Assembly: GCA_043228905.1 (NCBI GenBank)
Contig: JBHGNT010000006.1
Coordinates: 5,332,001-5,396,000 of the forward strand
Direction of reading: 5' to 3'
Source of the DNA: Azolla caroliniana
Taxonomy: Eukaryota; Plantae; Polypodiophyta
Length of the DNA stretch: 64,000 nt
Shown here: piece after piece, positions 25,783 to 38,100 of the stretch
How positions within the stretch are numbered: position 1 is the stretch's first letter
Layout: every line of letters begins with the position of its first letter
Notes under the pieces: generated by a model
Told to the model about the DNA's origin: nothing
The model's input: the letters and a program-made list of their open reading frames with translations, nothing else
Database searches by the model: none
Position numbers and translations under genes: made by a program

Positions 25783-28700
25783 TGTTACCGGCCGGCAAAG
25801 GAGTCCAGAGTGGGAAACAGAGAGCTAGTTAAGTAGTAGGAATGTGGTTGTAATTAAGCTATGAGTGTGGACGGACGGACCGGAACCGGTATGCCGTTCC
25901 GGATCCGGACCGATCCCGAACAGGTGCGGATGGCACCATTTTGTAATACAGACCGGAAACCTATTTAAAGGCCCGGATACAATGTAATAGTTAGCGGTTA
26001 ATTAATGAAAGCTTAAGCGTTGTTATATCTCTGTGTCAATTGCCGTTCTGTCTTAATTGTGATATCTTACGCGTGTTATGAAGACGATCCTAATAAGTAA
26101 CTGAACTAAGTCGGATTAAGCGTTGAAGTCTAATCCGGTTGCCGTAACACCCTTTGGTGAAGTGTCTCACGTAGACACCCTGTGTTAGGCCATTGTCCGG
26201 CCCGAAGAGTTAACACACCTTTTGTCGACCACTAAGGTGACCCCCCTTTGGAGACGGAGTCGAAGAATGATACGCGACAATGTGAGGCATAGTGATGATG
26301 ATATGTAAGAGATGTCCGGGTAATGATGGCGATATGCAGCAAAAGGCGGAAGAAATCAGAAATGGAAGATTGACAAGATTGACTGCTGCACAATTCTACA
26401 ACAAATTAATCTCTATATGTGAATGTTTTGTGTGGTTTGTTTTTGCCCTAAATGTCCGAGAAATGTTGGCTAAGATGTACAAAAACGGTGTCAATGCATG
26501 AGAGGAAGTTGCAAAACAAGTTGCAAAAGTATGGCGTTACATGAGTGTGCGAGAATGGAAATGACAATGTGCAAATGTGCGGTTAGCAGCAACGTGTGCG
26601 TGTTCCAAGGAGACTGCGGAGGAAGACGCAATGTGTGGAGCGTGGGCCAGCAAGATGTGCGGGACCGGAATGGGACGTGTTCACAGTTTCCAGTTTCCAG
26701 AGAAGCAACGCGGAAAAAGTTGGAACCAAAACAAGAGTTGGTTGGCACCGAAGCGGCCGTAATGGTCGGGCGGCCATCAGAGTAGACAAAGCCGAAACAG
26801 CAACAGTGACGCTGAAAAGCGACTGACGGAGAGACAACCGTAAGATATCAACGGCTGACAACCAGATGACGACTGAACAGATCGGCCACGCGACTGCAGA
26901 CCGTCCGGACAGGGCCGACGAAGATGAGAGAGGCTTCAGGAACGGTCATCACCAATCGACAGCAGCCGGAGCGGCCGGAGGGCCGGACAAGGTCAGGGAA
27001 GCAAACAGGCCGGACCATATTGGCTAACACGGGAGTATAATGGGTCCTACCAGTTGGGGACACTTGCCGGCGAAGTGCTGGGCAAATGGGTGAATGGATT
27101 CCGGTTAAAAGCATATAGAGGATCGATGCCTAAGAACCCGTTTGAGCAAAGGACCAACGGCAACCACGAAGACGGCAGTGACGGCAAGCCGGTAACCGGA
27201 GAGAATGTGGCCGGTAAGGGTCCGAGAGGACCAACGGACATGTGACGTCACAGTAATAATAATAATAACAGAAAAAAAAAACAATCATGCAAAAGCGAGG
27301 AATGAATGGATGAAAGAGCGTGGAGCGAAAAGGTGCGTAGTGGGCATTTAAAGCGCCACCACAGGACATAATGCTATTTTAAGTACGCGACATGCACAAA
27401 CTCGAAAAAGGTGCCAGAATGCACAGACAAAAACCATTGCGCGTAGAGACCCTCTATTTTCGCGAACCCAGGAGCACAGAAGCACTGAAACGCTGCAAGA
27501 TTATCAGAAGAGAACCTGCGCACAGAGAACCCCCGCCTCCTGAACTCTCTCTTTCTCAACCCCGCTCTCATCACCATCCATCCTCGCCACCGCAGTCCGA
27601 CCCCGATACAGAAATGGACCCGCAAACGCTGTTGGAAGCCGCCAAGACATGGCTGAAGCAACACGGGCTCGAGGGCTTCCTGATGATGATGGAAGTACCG
27701 CCACACAAAGAAGCCGACAAAGTGATCAAGGAAATCGATACAGAGGTCATAACGGCAGAGGCGATTCGAGCGTTAACAGGCCTTCCGGAGGGAGGCATAC
27801 TCACGATCGACAATCCAACCCCGGAGCAACTCATCAGGTATTTTGGTGAGTACTCTCTAGCCAGCAAGGGCTACCGGACACAGGGTGGCGGAGATATGTT
27901 GTTCCGCGAAATTGCTTGTGTGCTCCATGAATACGGCCACGTATACCCTAGACCCCCTGTCATGCCGCAGAACCGGGCAGGGATGATCATTGCCACCTAT
28001 GAAGGGATCAAGGTGGATTGGCCGGTATTGATCGCAGATGGGTTGTGTGCGACGATCGAGATCGTCAGAGGCAAAGACGGTAAAGAAGGCCGAGACGGAC
28101 GAAGAATATGGCATGCCGTAACGCAGTGGCTCACCTTGCTGGTGCCACCCGTTCAGACCGTCCAGCCCAAGAAGCGAGGAAGAGTGCCGGACGGCACCCC
28201 AAGGACGGCTTCCAAACGGCAATAGTTGTTGGCCTCTAAGGCCAGTAAGGGAAAGGCGGCGGAGGCAGACCAGGCGGCAACAGGAAGTGGCAGTCGGAAG
28301 CGCCCAACGGAGGCGCAGGAGGAACCACCGGCACGGCCCGTAAAGGTCACACTCCGCCGACCGGTGAATCGAGAAGTGGACCCCTTGGCGGCAAAACTCA
28401 ATGTCGGAGCTCAGGAGGAGGAAATAGAGGAGGAGCCTACGGAGCACCTCTAGCGACGGTCGTCGGCAAGGACCATTGAGACAGCCGGGAAACGTTCGGA
28501 CCCTCAGACGGAGGGAACACCGGCTCCCCATACTGAGACTCCTACGCCAAGGAAGGAACCGGAACCGGTGTAGAAGGAACCAGAATCAGAAGCCCCGGCA
28601 CCACCGGCAACACTGGCAAGTCCCATTCCGCCAGAGCCGGAAAGGTCACTGCAGCCTCCCTCGGTCAGCCAAGAAGAAGCACAAGGGGACCAAGGACAAC

Positions 28701-30873
28701 AGGATGGTCCACGGGATGAAACGGAACTGCAACTCGGCGCAACTAGGCGGGACCACCCCTCTACAAGTGAGCCCATCTATCAAACCTCTGTGCAAGCACA
28801 ACAAGGCACCGGTAGCCTGTGGCTCCGGTGGATAGGCGAACAGATAGCCAGAGCAGTGGGGTATATAGAGGCGGAAGAAAGAGCGCAAAGCGAACGGTTG
28901 CTCGTCATAACCGAACAACTAGAGACGGCCCGGTCCAGAATCCGGTGCCTTGAAAAAGATTTGGATCAGGTCACGACAGAGATGGTTAAAATACGGATCC
29001 AATCACCGGTGACTCTGGTAAGTGTACAGAATAATGAAACGGAACGATCTATACATAGGAATAAGACCCCGGCAACGGAAACCGTTCCGGCGAGAGGCGG
29101 CGCAAGCTCGGGAGCTTGCAGAATTGAAGGAGGAACTTGCCGCCCAAGAAGCGCTAAGGAGCCGGGAACGAGAATTGAAGACGGCGGCCGAAGCCGAATT
29201 AAAGAAGACTGCTGAGAACCTCCGCCGGGCAGAGGAGAGCCTCCGGAAAGGCCATCAAGCGTACGACCGGCTAAAGGAGGAGAAAGACAAAGTGCTGCAG
29301 GAAAAGGACAAGCTGCGGAAAACTGCGGAAACAGAGATAGAACGGCTAAAGGAAGAGCTCCGCCAGCAGAAGGACCGCGAGGACCGGGCCCATCGTCAGA
29401 TCAACGCACGGCTCAAGCAAAAGACGGATGATTTTGAGCACCTGCACCGGGACTACAAACGGCTGGAAATAGAGCATAAAGAACGGATGGCCGAGCTCCA
29501 ACAGGCAGTTGATCGGGCCGCAACGGCGATCGCCGACGAACGGGCGGAAAATACAAGACACTTGGAAGAGGCGGAGAAGGTCCGGATGGAGCTCCAGAAG
29601 CAGCAGCAGGAAGACAAAGAGAGAGCGTCTACAGTATTGCAGAAATTACAAAGTCCATACCAAAGGCAACTGACGCATTACAAGGCGCAGGCGGAGGACA
29701 ACGTAAAAATCATCAAACAACTGAAGGAGGAACGGCAAGCGGCGGAAACCAAATCGCAATTGGGAACGAGCTGGATTTAGTCCATCCTCCGGGCATGGCT
29801 GAATCAGACGAAGCACTTGATTGATGAAAGCTCCGTAAAATGGTGGACAAAGTGAGCACAAAACGCGACGAAACTCCAGTTGCTACGGGCGGATGTGGCA
29901 AACCGGCGGAAGGAAGGAGATGACTGTTATACGCTGACTTCCGAGGACTTCACCGCCATACGGGACGAGCTGGCCGACGACTTCCAAGTCCTGGCAGATG
30001 AACAGCTGGCGCAGGTCAGGGAGCTCGTAGCTCAGCTGGACGACGATAGGCTGGACGCTCAAATCCAGTTTGAAAGCTACGAGCGGTCCCGGGTACAGGA
30101 AGAAAAAGCACAGGAAGCAACAACGGTTAACCTTAGTGATGAGGAACCGTCGTCGGTTGAGGGCCAGCCGGGAACCAGTCAACCGGAGACCACCATGACG
30201 CAGGGAGCAACGACAGAGACGCCGGTGTCAGAGCCACAAACGGAGGAGCAGCCGCAGTAACCACCAACGGACCCGCCGCAGCAGACAGCAACAGAGCAGC
30301 AACAACAACAACAACAACAACCACTTCCAGATGAACCATTGGAGCCTCTCGAACAGAGCATTTTGGACATTTTGGACGAAGAATAGCGAGGGTCGGTTGT
30401 GGATTCGACGTACAAGGTACTGTCCCACGGGCGTGCCATGTGTTACCGGCCGGCAAAGGAGTCCAGAGTGGGAAACGAAGAGCTAGTTAAGTAGTAGGAA
30501 TGTGGTTGTAATTAAGCTATGAGTGTGGTCGGACGGACCGGAATCGGTATGCCGTTCCGGATCCGGACCGATCCCGAATAGGTGCGGATGGCACCGTTTT
30601 GTAATACAGACCGGAAACCTATTTAAAGGCCCAGATACAATGTAATAGTTAGCGGTTAATTAATGAAAGCTTAAGCGTTGTTATATCTCTGTGTCAATTG
30701 CCGTTCTGTCTTAATTGTGATATCTTACGCGTGTTATGAAGACGATCCTAATAAGTAACTGAACTAAGTCGGATTAAGCGTTGAAGTCTAATCCGGTTGC
30801 CGTAACACCCTTTGGTGAAGTGTCTCACGTAGACACCCTGTGTTAGGCCATTGTCCAGCCCGAAGAGTTAACA
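25783..30873 (+). mobile_element. Non-autonomous Ty3/Gypsy non-chromovirus (Tat/Athila-like) LTR element (element D) inserted in the B1 3' LTR
   Basis: 433-bp LTRs at 25783-26215 and 30441-30873, with about 8 differences counted by eye; perfect TSD TTCAC. Integrase C-terminal tail GPYWLTREYNGSYQLGTLAGEVLGKWVNGFRLKAY at 27012-27245 (+). No gag or RT seen. Confidence 0.92.
27392..30386 (+). pseudogene. Extra post-pol ORF of element D (globular N-terminal domain, Pro/Glu-rich linker, long coiled coil, acidic/polyQ tail), ~0.9-1.0 kaa when repaired
   Basis: ORFs 27392-28225, 28226-28453, 28790-, 29022-29780 and 29880-30260 join through single TAG/TGA/TAA stops and one frameshift near 29050-29090. 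Confidence 0.75.
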
Positions 30874-31276
30874 TTCACATTCCCCATGCTCCATGAGGCT
30901 TGTAGTTAATGAAGAGAGAGAGTGACTACATAAAGCACCCTCCTCCCACCTTGTATAATGTTGAGTCTTTCTCCATTGCCAATATACTTTACCTTGCGTA
31001 TTCTCTATGTATTACTCCTTCTCTCTCTCTCTCTCTCTCTCTCTCATACACACACCTATTTCGCTTCACAAGAATCCATCTCTTGATTCTTTTCAAACTG
31101 AACCACATAAATAGAAACCGATAAACTAGTAAATTCAAAACCAAACCAAACCAAACCAAACCGATTAGTAACATTTGAAACCAAACCAAATTGTTTATTT
31201 ATCTTTGAACCTATAAACCGTTAAGCCACGGTTTTTCGGTTCAGTTCGGTTTGAGCCGAAACCGGGCCCATTTCTA

Positions 31277-34200
31277 GCGAACATCTGAAGTTGATCGGGC
31301 CTCAACAAATAAATTATGGGATTATTGTGAATATGCGTCATTCCCCGAGCACAATGCGAAATCAGGTCGGTGGGAGAGGGCATCGGCTTTCCCATGTTGA
31401 ACTTTGGGTCGAAACAAGATCTCGAAGTCATAGTCGACGAGAAAAGATGTCCATCGGGCTTGCCTCCAATTCAATGTGCAACTGGTGGTGAAGTAAATTA
31501 AATTTTTGTGGTCGGTCAACACCTAGATACGATGTTGGGCCCCAACCAAATAGGGTCGCCATTCGACGAAGGCAGAAATGATTGTTGCAAGCTCCTTGTC
31601 GTAGACCGGATAATTGATTTCTTGGGCTATAAACTTCCGAGAGTAGATGGCAACATGATGTAGTGTGCCCTTGTCGTTTGGTTGGGACAGGACAATTCTA
31701 ATGGCAACGTTGTTGCGGTAATCCGCGAGTGCATTTCGAATGGGGCGGGACCATGGGGGTCTCGGACGAGGAAGAAAGGGATGCCAGGAAACCAACTCCG
31801 GACACGTACCAGGGGCAACCGAACACGAGAGAGAGAGAGAGAGAGAGAGAGAAGGAGAGAGCACGCGCGCAACACCGACTCTTATGTACATGAAACAAAG
31901 GAGGGGAGCTATGCACCCGACACCATCAGAGACACCATTATGCACAAATAGACATGAATACAACTTCGAGTCGGGCTACACTCAAAAGACAAAAAAGAAG
32001 AACTTAACCCTAATAGAGCTTTGCCGCCATGGCTGCGGCGCCTAACTTCTCAAGAAGGAGAAGAAGAAGAGGACTACCAAGAAGTTACTAACCATAGAAA
32101 AATTATTAACAAAATGACCCTCCACCAAAATGGTATACCCTTATGACTCAAAATGGGCAACCCTTTCACAAGAGACGCCTCCCTTCCTTTTATAGCCCAA
32201 GGAGGGAGGGACATTACAATGTGGGATACATACTCCCCCTTATTCTATACATCGTTTCCTACTATACATGTGCACATGTTGCACACCATCGTCTTCCCCA
32301 TTCCACCCTGATTTCACATTATAGCCGGAAATCTTCACGACAACGTCGAAGGCGTCGGTTTCAACTTGGAAGGGCCTTGTGGGGTCGCGGTGGACCAACA
32401 CGAGGGTTGTGAGAAAAGCTTCCTTGAGGGCATCAAAAGCACTTTGCGTTGCGAAGGTCTAAATAAATGGAGTATCTTTTCTAATAAGGATGATTAGAGG
32501 TTGCACTAAAGAGGAAAAACCATTGATAAATTGTTGATAGAAATTTGCAAAACCAAGAAATGATTGTACCTCTTTCAACCAAGTAGGGAGGGCCAATCGG
32601 TGATTGTCACTACCTTGCGTGCATCCGTTGTGATCTCGAAGGGTGAAATCACGTAGCCTAGGAATTCGACAGAGGTTTGATCGAATTCACATTTCTCACT
32701 TTTGGCGTAAAGCCCATGTTCCCAAAGTTTGGATAGAACCAGTCGGACGTGTTTTGTGTGCTCCTCTATGTTAGAAGAAAAAACTAGAATGTCATCAAGG
32801 TAGATCACCACGACGTGATCGAGATACTCCCGAAATATATTGTTCATCATGTGCTAGAAGATTGCGAGGGCATTGGTGAGACCGTAAGGCATCGTCTTTT
32901 ACTCAAAATGTCCATAGCATGTCCAGAAGGCCGTTTTCCACTCGTCTCCGGTTTGATACGCACTAGATTGTAGGCTCCCCGAAGGTCGATTTTGCAGAAG
33001 ATACGCCTGATTCGAAGTCGGTTGAGGAGTGTTGGAATTAAAGGCAAGGGATAACGATTACATACCGTAATTTTGTTGAGATTCGGATAATCCACACATA
33101 GTCATAATGATTCGTCCCTCTTCTTGATACATAAGATTGGGGCCCCATCTGGTGATTTGGAGGGTTGAATGAGGCCCTTGGCGAGGTTTTCATCCAGATA
33201 CAAGTTCGAGTTCGGATAGCCCATAGATTGGCCCAAATGGTGGATGTGCAACATCTTGGAGTTCGTTTGGGCAATCATAGGGGTGATGTGTCGGTAACTA
33301 GTCTGCATTTAATTTTTCAACACATCCAAAAAGTCGCTATACCTTGGGGGCAAATTGGTGGCAAGAACAGAGACGTCTTGTGACACAACGGGCACAGAAG
33401 GAACCAAGCTAGAATCAGCCACAACGGAATCAGTAATGCTGGAGACTAAGTTGAAATCTGAAGAATGTGCACCCAAGCTGAAAGCAGCCCCACACAAGTA
33501 ACGGGGTGGGGAGTCGTGACCTGTGTCGGTGTTTGTGGAAAAGTGATGGAGGGGCTACACCAATCCACCGTCAGATTGTGTGTTTCCAACCAGGAGAGCC
33601 CTAAAACAATTCGATGTCGAGGGGTTGCAATGAGGTAGAATGTTAATACCATTTGGTGGAACCTGACTTGAAGTACCAATGGGACAGTGGCTTCGGTAAC
33701 CACCCCCGAAGAGAGAATTTGTCTGTTGATAACTTCAACGGATATGGTTTGTGTTGTGCGGACAATGGAGATTTTATGTGTTCAAACGAACGCGATATCG
33801 ATGAAACAAGTAGATCCACCAGAATCGAGCAAGGCATGGGATTATAATGAAGTAGCCTCAAAACAAAGACTTACTTGCAAAGTAAAACCTCTTGCTGGCG
33901 TGGTTGAATTGTAGGAGCATGGAGAAGTAGGGTAACGGAAAGTGTCCAACAACATGGCTCCTACAGCATCCGGACTTGGTTGTTTTCCTATTGTCGAGAA
34001 ACCTTCGCAAGACATGCACGGTGGGATTGATGACGAGGGTCGTGCACCAGGCAGTGGCGAATGACATGGCCGGAGGTACCACAATAGAGGTAGAGGCCAT
34101 TGTCATGTCGATGTTGTTGTTGGGCATCGTTTAATGGTTGGAACCGAGCATGGTCAATCTCCATTGGGGTTTGGGGGTATATTTCCATCGGGGCATGAGT

Positions 34201-34900
34201 ATCATTGGAGGATGGCAACCTGATGGCAATCATTGTGTGCTTGGCGAAATTGATATATATAGCCTTGTGAGTGGAGCATTGCGAGAGGAAGACGGGAAGC
34301 CTTGAGTCCCCTGTTCCTCCTATCAAAGCTCAAAAAGAAGATTATCACATTGAACGGCTTGGGAGATTACCTGAGACAATGATGTGGGCTTCGGAAAGTT
34401 TAAGAGAAGAGTCTTGACATCGTTTCGGAAATTGGTCGCATAAGGCTTGATCATCCCAGCTAACATCGCATGCGATCTGACAAAACGTTGAAGCATAGAC
34501 GTGAGTGTCGTGAATGTCGTTCTGTCTCTCCAAATGTGGATTCAAGCTCTGCAAGGCAGGAAAGTTGTCTAAGAGTGGAGATGAGGTCTCAATGAATGGT
34601 GCAAACCACGCTTGTGCCAGTCCAGAGAGAAGGATGCCAACAAGGCTGACCCGAGAGAAATCGCTACCATAATGTTGGGGTTGTACACGGATGATAAGCT
34701 GAATTTGATTGATGAAGCCGCGAAGATGCGTCCTCGAGCCATTGAATTTGTCAAGTAAGTTGACGCTAGGTTCGAGGACATATGAATGGGAAGAGGAAGG
34801 GGTTGGGCTAGGTGCTGACGAAGGGTGAGGCTCGACGAGTGGGGGTTGTTAGATGTGCCATTTTGAAGCTCTCATAATGATTGACGAAGGCTTTCATTTT
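31277..34900 (-). pseudogene. Gypsy gag-protease-RT-RNase H remnant of element A
   Basis: Fragments: PMEID/CCHC gag, LVDSG-like protease, [46 protein letters not shown]. Confidence 0.88.
31711..32342 (-). mobile_element. Solo LTR of family C inserted in the element A RNase H
   Basis: Reverse-complement homolog of the LTR at 47144-47920. TG..CA ends flanked by a duplicated ACGT that splits the VETDAFDVAI coding sequence. Confidence 0.85.
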
Positions 34901-35024
34901 CTAGTTGAAGTTGTTCTGAGACTGTAATTACTTGGTTTAAGTTGTTGACCAAGTTGGACATGGTAACAAGAAGAGGAAGATGAGTAGATGAGGCCATGGA
35001 CCGGACAAGTAGACGAGGCTAAAT

Positions 35025-35062
<38 letters not shown>

Positions 35063-35128
35063 GACAAGAGGGCAAGAATTGAATTATGCATCCGTAACTA
35101 GTGTTATTCACCTTGATTGTAATCAAGG

Positions 35129-38100
35129 TGTTGGGGACAAGGTCGTCAATGCGGAAGAACAAACAACATTTGTGATGTTGAAGGACCTATGTATGAGAAT
35201 GAAAATGATACATACAAAGAGAGAGAGAGAGAGAGAGAGATCGGCACAAAGAAACGTTTTATTTCTTAATAGCAACATTTACAAACTGACAATCAACACC
35301 TTCACTAAAGGTTACAAAGTCACTTTATATCGTGACTATCCTAGGGCAACTACCCTTTATGGTATTTACAAAAATAGCCCAAACTTGGGTTGTCCAAAGG
35401 GACAGTGTGAATACGGCCATTATACACTCATATTCGACACTCCCCCGTAATGGGCATATACATGGGTTATCTTAAATTACAGGTATATACAAGGTTTATC
35501 GGACAGATCGGTTTTGTTCGAGTCGGCAAGTTCTGAAGACAGAAGACTAAACTAGTTGGGTTGGAAAAGCTGAAGCCGATCCTCAAAGAACCGATGTCGG
35601 TTGTCCGAAACCATCCTATGCTGTGTGTCCGACTTTTTTTTTAACCGGACCAATTTTTCATTACGCCCATCTGGTGCCGAAGGGACCGGAAGCGATCTGC
35701 CGAAAGACACTTGGTCATTCCATCTGCAACATTATCGGTTGTGGATATCTTCTCGAGACGATTTTCCCTGAAATGACGCAGTCCCAAACAAAGTGATATC
35801 GAACGTCGATATGCTTGGAGGTGTTGTGGTGAACCAGATTTTTTGACAAAGCAACAACAACTTGAGCCGAGTCGAGGTCGACTTGTCAAAACGTGTACGC
35901 CAGCCGACCGAGCCATAAAGCTTCTTTTGCCGCGTCGGACGCAACTACATATTTCGCTTCGGTCGTTGAGGTGGTTGTGCACTCCTGAAGTTTCAACTTC
36001 CACGAGATTGCTCCATTGCCGAATTGAAACAATATCCGGTTGTTGATTTCCAACTGTCCACGCAGTCGGCGAAGTCCGAGTTGGTGTAACTGACTACACC
36101 TGAGGTTGAGTTCGACCCAAAAAGAATGTCGTGGTCTTTTGTGCTAGCAAGATATCTGAACACATGCTTAATTACGTTCCAGTGTGATCAGCCTGGGTTG
36201 TGTATGAATTTGCTGACGACTCCTATGGCGTGAGAAATATCAGGCCGTGTCGCGACCATTGTGTACATAAGGGAGCTGACTGCCGGTGCTTTCGGTACCG
36301 ACTTCATATCTTCCCCCTCTGGACCGGATGTTGGGCAGTCTCGTTGAGACAGCTGAAGGTTAATGGGGAGCGGGGTCGAAGCAAACTTGGCCAAGTGCAT
36401 GTTGAAGCGTTCTAAGACACGTCTGATGTAGTCGGTTTGAGACAAGAAAAGTTGTCATTTATCACAATGCCGACTAATCTTCATACCAAGTATGTGTTTT
36501 GCCGGACCGAGGTCCTACATGGCAAACTTCAACCGCAGTTTCCGAATGAGTTCGGTGAGCTCTCCGGCATGTCAGCCGGAGAGTAGCATGTCGTCCACAT
36601 AAATGATGAGGAAGACGGGAGACCCGTCTTCAAATGTTTTGGTGAAGAGACAGTGGTCCTCATCGCTCTTGGAGAAGCCGATCGACTAGATGAAGTCGTC
36701 GAACTTCTTGTACCACTGTCGGGGTGACTGTTTCAGGCCGTATAAACTCTTCCTGAGTCGGCAGCCTAGATGTTCCTGGCCGGATGCCACAAAGCCTTTC
36801 GGCTGCTCCATATAGATTTCCTCTTGTAGGTCACCGTGGAGGAATGTCGTTTTTACATCTAGCTGAATCAGCTCCAAGTTGTCGGCGGCCACGACACTGA
36901 GCATGAAACGAAGGGTTGTCATTTTCACCACTGGTGAAAAGATTTCGTCGAAGTCGACGCCATATTCTTGTCGAAATCCCTTCGCAACTAATTTGTCCTT
37001 GTACTAGGGGTTGGTCGAGTCAGGCGTCTCTTTTAATCAATAGACCCACTTACATGGAAGAGCATGTCGATTCTTCGGTAATTCGACCAAGTCCCAAGTC
37101 TTGTTTGCGCGAATGGAGTGCATTTCCGACTCCATCGCCAGATGCCAAGTGGCTGAGTCGGCAGATGTCGATGCTTCTTCGTAAGACATCGGTTCGTCGG
37201 CGCCGGTAAAGAAAATTCCGGGAGAGTACCTTTCCGAAGGTTGCAACAGTCTCTCAGATCTTCGAGGTATGACTGGACTGGTTGCACTGGGTATTGGTGT
37301 CGAATGGTTGGAAGTCGAGCCATTCAGTTGTTGCTGAATCGGTGGATTCAGGAAAAGAGGTGTCGGTTACCCGTTAAACCGATCTCGTGTTGTGGGTTGG
37401 GCCTTCATGAAGGGTTGGCACTTTGGAAAAGATTACCCTTCAGACTTCAATAGGCCTTTCGGTCGCTTTGTGCATAACTGACTCGTTGAACACGACGTCT
37501 GAACTTCAGACGATATGTCGGTGCTCGAGCTCCCAAAGTCGGTATCCGATCTCGCCGTCGGGTCCATATCCAAGGGAAATGCATTTCCTTGATCTTGGTT
37601 CGATTTTCCTGCGGTCGTCTTTCGGTATAAGGGCATACGCCTCGCAGCCGAAGATCCTCAACTTGTCATAATTCGATTTACTGTCGTTCCATGTTTCCTG
37701 AGGTATTTTAAGTCCTAGAGGTCTACTTGGTAACATATTTATTATGTGTACTACCGTAAGTAGAGCCTCCGACCAGAAGCCATCCAACAATCCGGAGTGT
37801 TGGAGCATGGATACTATGCATTCTTGAATCGTCTGATTCATGCGTTCAGCAATTCCGTTCTGCTCCGGACTATAGAGTGTTGTATATTCACGTCGAATGC
37901 CGCGTTCCCGGCAAAATTTGACGAATTTGTCAGACTTGAATTCTCCTCCATTATCGGTTTGGAGACATTTTAGTTTTCGACCAGTCTGGTTTTCGACCAT
38001 TGCAAACCATTCAGAGAAGATCGAGAACACCGGATCTTTGGTTCTAATGGGGTAAGCCCACACCTTACAAGTCGAGTCGTCAATAAAACTGACGAAGCAC

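Larger units (their letters stand above)
20506..31095 (+). mobile_element. Ty1/Copia LTR retrotransposon (element B1), full-length, decayed
   Basis: 5' LTR 20506-20903; PBS TGGTATCAGAG at 20904 (tRNA-iMet); PPT tgagggggcg; 3' LTR 25621-25782 plus 30874-31095; TSD AACCG/AACTG. Confidence 0.96.
19889..31276. mobile_element. Non-autonomous hAT-type element (MITE, ~0.8 kb without its nested Copia)
   Basis: Imperfect TIRs TAGCGATGGGCTTGGTTCGG / TAGAAATGGGCCCGGTTTCGG; 8-bp TSD GTGAACAT (19881-19888) / GCGAACAT (31277-31284); subterminal AAACC/AACCG arrays. Confidence 0.85.
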
